Shown in pieces: positions 43,509 to 54,769 of a stretch of DNA of 64,000 nt; position 1 is the stretch's first letter, and the number at the start of each line of letters is the position of its first letter. The notes beneath the pieces are model-generated. The model saw only the letters and a list, made by a program, of their open reading frames with translations. It did no database searches and was not told where the DNA came from. This DNA is from Prasinococcaceae sp. CCMP 1430 (Eukaryota > Plantae > Prasinodermophyta). The stretch lies in NCBI GenBank assembly GCA_013416795.1, contig RQSC01000314.1, positions 1 to 64,000 on the forward strand, in the 5' to 3' direction. The position numbers were made by a program, and so were the translations under genes.

Positions 43509-44233
43509 ATGTGCATCTGGGGTTTACACGAGGATTCGGTCGCACGTGAAATGTTAAAAAAACGCGGGGTGCGATGCGCGCAATCCGGGAAATGCGCCGC
43601 GCGTCGTGTTAGGGCGCGACGGGCGCCACACCGCGCGGCGGCGCCGGCAGCGGCGAGGGGGGAGGGGGGGGGGATTGCGCGAGGAACCCTGCCCCACCGT
43701 TCGCCTCCTCTCCTCCTTCGCCCCGCGCCTCTGTTGGGGGGGGGGAAGGGGTGCGGGCGGACGGGGCGGGCCGGGGAGGCGCCCCGGCCTCCCGCGCGCA
43801 TCGCCGACGCCGACGAGCGCGTGTCCGGGGTGGGGGCCTTACCCCGAGGAAGGAGGCCAGGCTGCGGGTGGGAAGGTACGCCGCGCGTGCACGCGCGGCG
43901 AGGGGTTTGCAGGGTAGAGAGCGCTAGGCAGCATTGGCCGGGTGGGACCGGAGGCGTGCCATGCGCCGCGCGTGCTGCCCGCCGCCTGGCCGCCGCCCAA
44001 CAGCGCGCACGAAATACACGCAAGACACACTCAGCCTCGGGCCTCGCTGGCTTGCTCGCGGCTATTTATTTCCCTTGCAAGAACACTGCGTCAAGGCAGC
44101 GGTCGTACAACCCAAGAGGACAAGTCAGTTCCACCGCTTGAGCCTTACTTTACACCGTCCGGACACAACACCCTTGAACGCAGCTCCTGCCCTCGCATCG
44201 AGCAGCTCTGTACCAGCGAACGCCTGTGGCTGA
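43509..44233 (+). CDS. possible unannotated spliced gene; intron 43876-44003; start uncertain
   Basis: A 128-nt GTACG...AACAG intron joins two ORF-track frames in phase (..PGCGWE|ARTKYTQDTLSLGPRWLARGYLFP..). No family recognised. Confidence 0.3.
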
Positions 44234-44540
44234 CCCTCTCGCTGCCGCGCTCGTCGCTTCGCACAGACCTCCGACGCCTCCATGTCGCCAGACGGCGAGT
44301 ATCGAGCAACCTCCCTGCGACAGCCACACAGTGGCAACCACTGACACGCCTTCCAGTGGGCCTGGAGAGAGTAGGCATCACCTCGCACAGGCTTGCGGCG
44401 GCGTTCTCTCCCCCGGGTACACCACAGTCGAGGCAAACGACAAACAGGCGTTTCCAGACGCTGGCATCCCACAGAAGTGCGCTCAAGCGAGAACGCGACG
44501 CAGACAAACGAGCAAGAGTATTATCGAGAGTGGCGCTCCC

Positions 44541-46804
44541 TCAGCGCACTGCAACGATTGTCTCAACGCCCCCGCCGCGGCACCACCAGCCGAGATCACC
44601 GTCGCTTGCCTGGGGAAGCGGGCAGCGGGCGGACGTGTCTGACTGGCCTGCACTCTTGCCCGCTTCTAGCATTCTCTGCCTGCATCCAGGCCCGGCGTGC
44701 ACAATCTCTGTAAAGCCCTCGCTGCGCAAGGCGGACACGGCAGCGGCCATCGCACCGTCTACGACAGCCGTCTCGAGCACGACGGCGCCCAGGTTTGATC
44801 CACTAGGTCTGACCTCAGCCAGAGCGGTCGTGAGCGCCGATACGGGGTCGACGGCACTCGTGCCGACGCGCAGCGCACACACCACGCCAGCCTGAGCATC
44901 GCTTGCCCGCAGCGAGCGCATCGCAGATAGTAAAGAGCCCGCCGACAGTGGCGTTCTGGCCGTGTCAACACTGCCACATGGCTCGCCTGGCGCTGCGTCG
45001 TACGCCTGCAAGCGCGCACCAGCGAGCGTGTCCCACGCCGTCCCATCGACCTCGGCCACGCCACCGGACATGCGCCACAGCTGCCGTATCAACCGCTTCG
45101 GCAGGCCGACCAACCACCCTGCCCAACGGGTGACGAGCCACCCGCCACTCATCGCGGCACCGAGACACCTGACTCGTGCCCCTGCGTCGCCTCGGACTGC
45201 CTGTCCCTCGCCGCCGACTATCTGGATGGAACGCCCAGATGGCGTCGTGACGGCGGCTGCGCTCACGGCCGCACGCAGCTCGGCTCCCTCGGCGGCACTC
45301 GCGGCGACCGCTGCCACACTCGCGCCACGCGCGGCGACGCGCAGCCCCAGCGCTAGTCCATCCGAGCCCGGGGCGGCGTCCACGACCAAGCCGCCCCTGC
45401 CGCCCCCGCATGCCCGAATAATGACGTCCAGCGCGGCCTCATCGCCGTCGCTGCCCTCGCCCAGCGCCGCGAGCGACGCAAACGCCGCGGTGCGGCGTTC
45501 CTGACCTCCAACCATGCGTTCCCGCGCGGGGAGCCTCGTCACGAGGCCCTCTCGCGTGGTCACGCTGTCGTAGCTGCCGAGGGTTCCCCACGCGCGCTGC
45601 GCGTCATCAGCGTCGGCGTCCGCGCTCGCCGCCACGCGAGTGCCCGTCTTCGACGGCGCCACGGTGGTCCCCGCGATTGCCTCCGACGACGGCATAAGCG
45701 CGCGTCTGACCCTCGCGACGAGCCTGGTGGCCTTTCGCCGCACCTTGCGGCCCAGCAAGCCGCCCTCGCGCCTTCCGCCTGCCTTCCAGCTCCCGGCCGC
45801 ATAGTGGCGCAGCACGACGCGCTCATCGCCCTCAGGCACTGCCAGCGGCCCACCGCCACCTGCCGCGTCGGCGAGCTCCCAGCGCCCCCTGCCCGCGTCC
45901 CAATTGGTTGCCATCGCCACGCGAGGCAGGAAGCGCACACGCCACTTCTCGTCGCCAGCCGCGGCGCGCCGCGCGGCGTGGCGCAGCGCGTCTGTGAAAA
46001 GGCCCGGGCCGGTGCGCTCAAGGGTGGACGAATCCGAGTCTGCGCCGAGCGCGCGCGCGCTGCCGTCGCCGAGCACCGCGTCCGCGATGCGCTCCGCCAT
46101 CAGCAACAGCGCCGGGTGTCCCGCCCTTGCCGCGAAGGCCCACTGCAGCGCCTGCCGCCGCCTGACGTCACCCCTCGCGAGCATGGCGTCCACGCCCGCC
46201 GAGTCGGCCTCCCAGCCGGCGACGAGGGCGTCGTCCGGCCTCAGCCAGCCCGAGAGGGGCGCCGCCGCGGCTGTGTCCAAGTCGGCGTATACGCCGCCCT
46301 CGAGATACACCACTAGATAGCGGAACAGGTCGGCGCGCTCGACGGGCGCGTCCATCGACTCGTACGCGCGCACGACACGCGCGGGCAGCCGTCCGTCGCG
46401 CGCGGCGCTGCGAAGCAGCGCCGCGCACTCCTCGTCGCCGTAGTAGCGCAGCTCGCCTCCCGATGCCGCGGCCCACGTGGCGCGCAGCTCGCGCGTCGGA
46501 GCGTCGAGCGCCGCGGCGGACACCTCGCGGCCCGTCTGGTGCACGACGGGCGGGATGCTGTACGCCGCCCATTCGGCGCGCCCAAGCACCTCCTGGGGCA
46601 CGCGAGCGGGCATCGGCGCCGTCATCCGTGCACTTCTCCCCGTGCCCGCACGGAGGAGCGAGATTGCCGCCGCCGCCGCCGCCGCGCACAGCGCGAGCGC
46701 CGCGAGCGTCGCCGCCGCGCGCCACGCTCTGCCACCCCGGCCACCTCGCCCGCCCGCGCGCCCCCGCGCCGCGCGCCGGGGGAACGCGCGCGACGCGTTG
46801 CCAT
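44541..46804 (-). CDS. GT32 (OCH1/DXD-motif) glycosyltransferase with a degenerate C-terminal Rossmann/methyltransferase-like region; ATG at 46804 out of frame
   Basis: IPPVVHQT, ERADLFRYLVVYLEGGVYADLDT, QWAFAARAGHP, TGPGLFT. In-frame signal anchor AATLAALALCAAAAAAISLL lies upstream of Met46625. Confidence 0.82.
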
Positions 46805-46812
46805 CCTTTTTT

Positions 46813-46939
46813 AAACCCTAACCCTAAACATGCAATCATCAAACCCGGATGCGCGGCGTGGCGCGATGCGCGCGATTCGCATGTGTTCCGTACCTGTCGC
46901 GCATATTCGTTTCTAAACCCTAAAACTAAAACCCTAAAC
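46813..46939. promoter_or_regulatory. telo-box cluster (AAACCCTAACCCTAAAC; CTAAACCCTAAAACTAAAACCCTAAAC) in a divergent promoter
   Basis: Read directly, between the divergent GT32 and KHE-like genes. Confidence 0.6.
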
Positions 46940-47237
46940 AGGCGGCGTCACGCGGTGATCAAAACGCGTGCGTTGGGGCGGGGCGTTTTTTTTTTTGTAA
47001 CGGGGCGGCGCGCGCGCTTCTCCCCGCCGAAAAGCGAGCCTCCCGCGCGAATACTAAGGGCATTCACAGTCAGGGTTTACAACCTCCTCGGCGGTGCGCG
47101 CGCGCGACGTCTGTTTCCAAGCCTTTTCGCTTGGGCTCCTCGGGTCGGGGTTTGGGTTGGGGGCGGCGGTGATGGACGCGCGTGCGTCGCCAATGCCGTG
47201 TGTTTGCATGTGGAGGGCCTCGTGTCGTTTTGTGAGC

Positions 47238-48201
47238 ATGAGCTTGAGCTCGCGCGTGCGGACGTGCGGGCTGCCGNTCGGCGCTTGGGCCCGTCGGCAC
47301 CGCCGGCGATGCGGCGGCCCGCGCCGCGCAGGCGGCTGCCGGCGGCGTGTTCAGGGTGGTGCTCGTGCCCGTGCACCGCCGCGGATGGGTGTTTTGCCCC
47401 GAGCGCGTGCTACTCTTGGCGCCGCCTGGGCCGTGCCCGAGCTGGGCGGACGTGCGCGCGCAGCCCACGCTCGGCGGAAAGTGGTACGCGCTGCTGTCGC
47501 GCCAGCTGCACTGGGGCGAGGAGCACTGGTGGGCGCTGCAGAATGCCCCGCGCGACACGCGCCTCGGGAGGCTCAAGCACTGGGTGTTCGAGACGGGGAC
47601 CTCGCTCGCCGCGAGGACCGTGGGGCCAGAGGAGGCCTTCCTCAAGAGCATACCGGAGGGGGCCGTGCTCGAGGTCGTCTACCCGCATGCGGCGGGCGCG
47701 GAGGCGGGTGCGTCTCTGCCGCAGCGGCTCGTGCGACGCAGGCTGCGGCTGCTCGCGCGCCAGCGCGAGCGATACCACCGCCGTGGTCGGCTTGTGAACC
47801 TCGCGGTGCTGCCGTTCACCTCGCTCATGCTCCTGCTACCGACGCCCAACTGGCTCTTCTACTGGAACCTCTTCCGCCTGCACTCGCACTACCGCGCCAA
47901 GCTCAGCTGCAAAGCGCTGCTGAAATTGAGGACGTGCGATGCAGGCCGGCTGCGAGGGAGCGCCGAGCGCGCCGACGCACCGGTGCGCCCCGGTGCGCCG
48001 GCAACCGAGGGCCTATCCGTGACCTTCACGGGCAGCGATGAGCTGGCAGCGCTCGTGGGCGATGGTGTGAACGAGGCGGTGCTCAAGGCGATCGCTGAGC
48101 GCTTCAGCGTGCCCGAGCTGCCGCAGCTAGGCGCCATGTTCATCGCCGACGCTCCACCCGCGGCCGCGGCGGCCGCGCATGCTTGCGCCCACGGCCGATA
48201 G
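47238..48201 (+). CDS. mitochondrial K+/H+ exchange-related protein (Mit_KHE1/YDL183C-like); single N at 47277
   Basis: EEAFLKSIP..LEVVYP..RYHRR..AVLPFTSLMLLLPTPNWLFYWNLFRLHSHYRA. Removing the N puts ATG47238 in frame. Confidence 0.7.
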
Positions 48202-48398
48202 CCACACGTAGCAGCAGCAGCAGCGCGCACGCGTGCTATTCTTTTTGTTGTGCCCACTCGATATGTGAACACCACCACCATTTTTTGTCCAACCTGCAGT
48301 CCCTGTGCACACGCACGCATGCCCGGCACGCAGCAGCAGCAGCAGCAGCCTCCGCGCGCGCGCGCACAGCTCCGTCTCTCGATAGCTATCGCGCCCCG

Positions 48399-49359
48399 TC
48401 ATTGGTAACACTCGATCAGGTCGCATCCGCGAAGCTTCCAGCCGAGCGCGTCCCGCAGGGCGTCCATGCGCGCCCTCTGGGCGCCGCCGTCGCGCCGCGC
48501 GGTCTGAAGCGGGTACTGGTACTTGACGACGCCGTTGATGGAGCGATACGCCACGATCGGCCCCTGGCCATCCTCCTCGGGGTCCCTGATGACGAACTCG
48601 ACCACGTCGCGAGCCCACGGCCCATCGCACTCGAAGCGCAGGTACGCGCTCGACTCAGCGTCCTCGCGAGCCTGGTACGCCGCGTTGGGCAGCGACGTGC
48701 TCGCGACGGTGGCGAGGCGATCGGCAGCCAGGGCCGCGCTTGAGAGCGCGGCCGGCGCCTGCCACACCGGCGCGTAGTTCTCAGGATTGCGCGAGTTCGT
48801 GCCCACGCAGTTGGGATTGACAGCTGCGCACGCGCACGCGCACGCGCACGCGCGTGAAGGGAAGTGCGAGCGCCAGCGCGAGCCAGCGCGAGCGCGTCAG
48901 TCCGTGTCTCCTCACCTGCAGGCGCAGGCCGCACATACCGCCGCGGGCGCCCGCGCACGCACCGGACGGGCACACTTTCAGCGCGCCGTTGGCATCCAGC
49001 CCAACGTCTGCCTTCGCCCCGGCGCGCTGGAACGGCGAGTCCGCCGCGCCCTCTGGAGACGCGCTCGCGATGATGTCCGCAGGCTCCCACGCGTTGCCGG
49101 CCTCGATAACCCCCTCGAGGGTCTCCCAAATGCTTCCTTGGGCGCGGGCGGGGCGCGGGCGCGCGGCCGCGATCCCCGCCCCAACCATCGCAGCAGTCCC
49201 TGCGAGGAGCGCCCGTCGGCCTTCCTGCCGCCCCCTGCTCCGCCCCTCTCCCTCCGCGCCCCCTCCGCGCACCCCGACGGCGCGCACCACCCTGCGCCTA
49301 CACGCCGTGCGCACCGCCGCCGCCGCCGCCGTAGGCGGAGCGCGCGCCGCCGCCGCCAT
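48399..49359 (-). CDS. DUF1499-family plastid (probably thylakoid lumen, Tat-type) protein; exons 49359-48963, 48823-48399
   Basis: Transit peptide, then GRRALLAG..ARA; LKVCPS|AVNPNCVGT across a phase-1 intron; DVVEF..VAYRS..QRARMDALRDALGW. Confidence 0.75.
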
Positions 49360-49567
49360 TGCGCGCGCCCGCCGAGGAGGAGATCCAGCGACGTGCGTTC
49401 GCGCGCTCTCGCTGGGGGCGAGCGGGCGGACGGCGGCGGGGATGGGGGAGGAGGGGCACGGGTGGGGGCGCCCGCTGCGCAGCTGTGGCACGGCGCGCGC
49501 TGCCCCTGCACCGTCGACAGCGACTTATCCAAAATGCAAAAAAAAATGGTTGGCCTTACAGGCAGCG

Positions 49568-51903
49568 TCAGTGGCTCGGCGGGTCGCACAGAGCGGGGTC
49601 CTGCTGGCCGTCGTTCTTCCCAACCTGGCCCGGGTCGAGCACCGTGCGCTTCTCCGCATACTTGTCGCCGGCCACATTAGGCGTGAGCTCGATGACCTGC
49701 GGGGGGGCGTGCGCGCGTGTAGTGCGCGGACGGGTGTGAGCTGCGGCGCTCAAGGGCCTCTCTCGATCCTTCGCTCGCTCGCTCGCTCGCTCGCTCGCGC
49801 TCGCACGCACGCGCGCGCTCGCACGCATCCACAGAGGCGGCGGGTGCTGGCACGCCTGGGCGCTCGCGCGCGGGTCGACCACAACGCACCGTGTTGAGCG
49901 GAATGGAGAGCCTCGGCGCCTCGTCGCGCGGGATGCCCGCGAAGTACGCGTACACCAGCCTCAGCACGGCCTGGTGGCCCACTATCAGCAGCGGCTCGCG
50001 GTAGGACTCCATCTCGTGCACGAGCGGCTCGAGGCGCGAGATGATGTCGAGGTACGATTCGCCGCGCGGGTAGCGATATGCGAGCTTGTCCTCCTGGCGA
50101 TGCTTAAACTCGTCCGGGTAGACCTCCTCGATCTCCGCGTACGTCATGCCATCGCAGATGCCCGCATAGAGCTCGTCGAGCTGCCGGTACACGCGGTGGC
50201 TCATCTGGACCCACCCGTCTCGCAGCTTGGGGTGGGGGATGTGGGTCACGGTTTGTATGGTGCGCTGCATGCTCGAGGTCCACAGGCGCGTTCGACGCTG
50301 CTCGCCGTCGGGTCCGTGCTGTATCTCCTCGCGCGCGAATCGCCCGAGCGCCACGGCGTATCTCCGCCCGACCTCGGTGAGCCCCGCGTCGCCGCCGATC
50401 TTGCCCGCGAGGTTGTACTCAGACTGCCCGTGGCGCGTGAGGTAGAGCGGCTTGTGGGTGGCATGGATGTTGGTCAAGAACTGCACGATGCGTCCCGGGA
50501 GGAAGCCATGGATGTTGTTGATGACCACACGCTGGCCGCTGTTGATGAGCTTTACCCACGTGAGCTCGCTCTCCTCGAGCGTGGCGTACACCTTCTCGTA
50601 CTGCTCAATGCGCCGCTTGAAGTCTCTGTACGCGCTCTCTTCGGCGACCTTCTTGTAGTCCTGATTGTTCACCTTGGACATCCAGATGTTGTTCTTGACC
50701 GTGAGTTTGTCGTCACAGTAGCTTTCGACAAAGATGAGCTTCACAGGGAGGCCGTCTAGCTGGTCACTGATCCACTTGCGCCTCTCGCGCGTTGAGTTGG
50801 TGGCGTCAAAGATACCGATGCGCCCCGAGGCGACATTCTTCCTAGCCAGCCCCTTTATGCCGCTCTCCTGGAAAAGGAAGTCAATCATGTCCTTCATTGC
50901 GCAGCGCGCGCACTCAGCACGTTTCGCAACGCCGTCGGGGTTGTCCGGGCTGAAGAAGCTCGCCTGCGCCTCCGGGCCGTACAGTTTGCGCCGATAGTCG
51001 CCGAGATTGAAGACCTGGCCAGCGTCCAAGAGGCGTCAGCACGCGCGGCACGCAAGCGCGTAGCGCGCGGCTCAATGCCCGCGCACTGTCCCGCGCTAAG
51101 CACTCGTGCCACCCCCTCGCGACGCTTACCTTCACGACTGCTCCATGAAAGAAACTCAGGTAGTGCGAGAGCTTCTGCGCCATGTATGACTTGCCGCGCG
51201 CAGGGAGGCCTACCATTGCGAGCACGTGCTTCTCACCGAGATCCTGCTTCTGCTCGGAGCCGCTGCTCACGTGCGGCGTGGGATTCTCCGGCGGCGTCGC
51301 CCCTGTAGGAAAGCCGCTAAAGGACGACTGGCGGCGGTGCTGGCCCTGAAGCGCGCGCTCGCGCTGCGCCCCCTTGATCGGCACGCTTCCAACCTTTGTC
51401 GCGGGCTCGCCCGCGGATCCGTGCTCCGACAAATGGTCGGCCGCGGCACTAGCGGGAAAAGCCTCGTCGGCCGCGGGCGCCACGGGCTCCCGCGTCCCTG
51501 GACGGGCGCCCGGCTGCACGCCGTCCACGTCCTCGTGCGTGAGCGCCGCGAACGACTTGTTGAGCGCACCCGGCGGCGCCTTGGCCAACAACGTGGGTGT
51601 CGTGTTTGTGGAGACTTCCTGCGTGCCGCCCGGCGCGCCCGCCTTGGCGACCCCTGCTCCACCTCTGCGCGAGGGCGGCTCAGCTAAAGGCGCATCCGGC
51701 AGCATCACTGTCAGACCGACACCGCCATCGCCCATGCCCTGCCGTTGCTCCTGCTGCTGCCCCTGCCCATGCTGCTCCTGTTGCTCCCGGTCTTGCTGCT
51801 GCTTCAGGGGCGCCTCGACGCCGCTGTTCACACCCGCATCGCCCGAGCGTTTCTCGCGGCGCAGGATTGAGTCGCCCACGAGATCCTCGATCATACCGTC
51901 CAT
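49568..51903 (-). CDS. F2KP: 6-phosphofructo-2-kinase/fructose-2,6-bisphosphatase; exons 51903-51130, 51014-49890, 49696-49568
   Basis: MVGLPARGKS P-loop, K|VFNLGDYRR, IFDATNSTRERR, YLTRHGQSEYN, LDELYAG, YRYPRGESY, GHQAVLR. Confidence 0.93.
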
Positions 51904-52297
51904 GGTGGGGCGCGCCTCCCTCGCGCCGCGCCCGCGCGAGCACGCGTCCCAGCGCCGCGCTGTGGCGCGCGCGCTCTGAGGCGGCGGCGCGAGCGCGCTC
52001 ACGCCCGCGCGCCGTGTCGCGGATATTCTCTTCCCGTGCGGAATCCAAGTGCTTATCGTTTGGATTCAAAGACATCATATTGAAGAATGATGTGTCTAGG
52101 ATTCCAAATAATCGCTTCTAAATGCAGATACGAAGGGGGATTCCGCGTCGCCCTCTCTCCTTCGAGATAAACAGCCGGGGCGAGCGTGTGGCGTGTCCCG
52201 CTGCGGCGGCTGTCCTTAAGAAGTGTATCTTACTCATCGTACAGCCGCGTCTCCCCACGGAGGAGGGCGGGCGAGGGGGGAGGGCGGGAGCGGGCGC

Positions 52298-54385
52298 TCA
52301 CAGGCCCAGGATGTCATCCACGGCGCTTGCTCTGCGCGGCGCTGGCGCGCCCGAGTTGCTGGCCGCCTCTTGCGTGCCCAGCCCGTCGAATTGTGTGGCG
52401 AGGTCGGCGAAAGGGTCTATCACCGCCGCCGCGGCGGCCGGCGCGCCCGCTCTCGCACTCCTGCGTGGTGGTGGCGACAACACGGGCATGGGTGTTGGCA
52501 TCGCCGCGGGCGTCGTGCTGGCGCTGGCGCTGGCGCTAGCACCGCGACCACCGCCACTGCCAATGCCACCGCCACTTCCATGCGCGGATGAGCCGCTCGG
52601 CTTGCGCGCAGCGCTGCGGCCGCTGTCGGCTGCGATGAACGGGTTCTTCGCAAGAGAGGGCGAGCGGGTAGAGGTGGGCGGCACCCGCGCCTGTGGCACT
52701 TGTGCCGTACGATGCACGTGCGACTGAGCTGGCGCCTGCCCGTTCTGGCGGCTGTTTGCGGGCAGCTCGAGCGATGTGGGCTGCTGTGTCGTTGCTGGCG
52801 TCGGCTCGGGCGCTCTGGGGATGGATGCCAGCACAGGCGCGCCCTGTTGAAAGTGGCTGACGCCACGGCTCCCGATGCCGTTGCGGCTCCCGCCGCCGCC
52901 GCTCGTGCGCGCCTGGGGATATTGCGAGTGCGCCGCCGCCACAGTGGCGGGCGCAGCTCGCGGCGCAGCCGCAGCAGGTGTCGCCATCGCAGTGCCCGCC
53001 GTCGCCGTGGCATGCATCTGTCGCCTGCGCGCCTGCAGCGACGGCGACAGCTCGGCAAGCTGCGTGACGATGCCATTGTTTGCTACCGCTTGCGCACGGG
53101 GCTGCTGATGTTGTGGTCGTGCCTGCGGTTGCGGTCGCTGCTGCGCCCCCGCGTCACCGCCGCCCCCTCTGTGGCTCATCTGCAGAGCGTGCAAGAGCTC
53201 GTTGTGCCGCGTGAGCACGCCTTGCAGCGCGTCGTTGAGCGAAAGCGCCTCACACATGATCTCATCGTGCTCGACTCCTTCGACCAGACTCATCACCCTC
53301 GGCTGCATCTGTTCACACTGGTCGGCGAGCTCCACAACAATGTCGTCCAAAACGCCCTCGGGGCTGCGCACCTCGTCGATGCTCGCCAGCATATCCGCGA
53401 GCACGGCCACTGAGTTGCGCGCGACGCTCAGCTCATCCTTGAGCTTGGCCACAGCCTCGGGCGTTGATGTGTCGACGTGCGCGGCTTGGAAGCGTCCCCG
53501 CGCCCGCTCCTGCTCGTGGACGTGCATCTCGTGCTGCGCGACGGCCACGGGCGGCCCGACTTGGATTGAGTGCGACGCACTCGGGTCGAAATACTGCTGG
53601 GTTTGGCCCATGTGCTGCACATGTCCGGGCGGAAGCGCCGCCACCTGCGCGTAGATGGGTATGACGCTGCTGGCTCCGACGCCCGGCACCTGGGCATACT
53701 GCACACCGTTCGCGTGCACCACCCGGGCGGGGTGATGGTTCACGGCGTTTCCCATGACCTGCGCGTCGAGCTCCGCCTGGGCCGCGGCGATGGCGGCCAA
53801 ATCGTCCTCGGTGACCTGTTGCTCGGGCCCGCCAAGCGCGCTTGCGCGCGCCGCCTGCCCGGCCACGCGCGTCGGCTGCGCCGCGAACGCGCTGCCGCTG
53901 GCGCCGACGGTGCCCGCCACGGGTGGGAAGCGAAAGCCGTTGCGCACCATAGACTGGTAGCACGTGGCGTACGCGGCCATCATGCCGCTCACGCCCGCAA
54001 ACGCGATTCCCCATTCCTGTATGAGCTCGAGGCAGCGCTCGCGCACGACCGGGTCCGTCGCGCGGCCACCAGCGACGCGCGTCATCTCCTGCAGCACGTC
54101 CTTGCGCGCCACCATCAGGTGCAGCTGCGCCCCGCAGTTCTTCATGAGCGCCGAGAGCAGTTCGAGCGCGAGCAGCTGCACGTGCGGCGCAGACGCTGCC
54201 CCCATGCGTGCGCGCACGGCTTTCACCACCGACTTGCCGTGCTCGTCCCAGCCCTGGTTCACCGTGTCGACAACGTCCATCATGAGCGCCCAGTCCGCGG
54301 CCGGCAGGGAGGCTTCCGTCGCCTTGCCGACCAGCGCGGCGCCCAGACCCGCCGCCGCGCCGCCGCGCCCGCGCCCGAACACCAT
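52298..54385 (-). CDS. TOM1-like (TOL) VHS-GAT ubiquitin adaptor; alternative start at 54436
   Basis: VHS: KATEASLPAADWALMMDVVD..QLLALELLSALMKNCG..VRERCLELIQEW. GAT: ELSVARNSVAVLADML..ELADQC..EALSLNDALQGVL. C-terminal DPFADL motif. Confidence 0.88.
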   Translation of the reverse strand: MVFGRGRGGAAAGLGAALVGKATEASLPAADWALMMDVVDTVNQGWDEHGKSVVKAVRARMGAASAPHVQLLALELLSALMKNCGAQLHLMVARKDVLQEMTRVAGGRATDPVVRERCLELIQEWGIAFAGVSGMMAAYATCYQSMVRNGFRFPPVAGTVGASGSAFAAQPTRVAGQAARASALGGPEQQVTEDDLAAIAAAQAELDAQVMGNAVNHHPARVVHANGVQYAQVPGVGASSVIPIYAQVAALPPGHVQHMGQTQQYFDPSASHSIQVGPPVAVAQHEMHVHEQERARGRFQAAHVDTSTPEAVAKLKDELSVARNSVAVLADMLASIDEVRSPEGVLDDIVVELADQCEQMQPRVMSLVEGVEHDEIMCEALSLNDALQGVLTRHNELLHALQMSHRGGGGDAGAQQRPQPQARPQHQQPRAQAVANNGIVTQLAELSPSLQARRRQMHATATAGTAMATPAAAAPRAAPATVAAAHSQYPQARTSGGGGSRNGIGSRGVSHFQQGAPVLASIPRAPEPTPATTQQPTSLELPANSRQNGQAPAQSHVHRTAQVPQARVPPTSTRSPSLAKNPFIAADSGRSAARKPSGSSAHGSGGGIGSGGGRGASASASASTTPAAMPTPMPVLSPPPRRSARAGAPAAAAAVIDPFADLATQFDGLGTQEAASNSGAPAPRRASAVDDILGL

Positions 54386-54769
54386 CTCGTCCGCCCGCTC
54401 CTCGCGGCGGAGCATGAGCCTGGGAGCGGAGCCCATCGAAGCAGCCACGACGCCCTCCGCAACCTCCTCCCCGCCCCGCCCACCTGCCCCGCCAGCAGCG
54501 CCGCACCCGCGGCGCCACGCGCGCGAAAAACTCGCCCCCGAATTGGATTCCATCACCCATGCAATCACACATTCAATACTCACAAGGATTCCAAACTAAT
54601 CCTATTCTGGCGCGGTATCACATTGAATCCCCTGGGCGCGCGCGGCGCTCGCGCCCGCTCGCGCGCGATATGTGGGTTCCTTATTCGTTCCATTTCATAA
54701 AAATGCATTCAATTGGTTTATGGATTCCACAATAGAAGGATTTTGTTGCGGTATCGCGGTTGAATCCGC

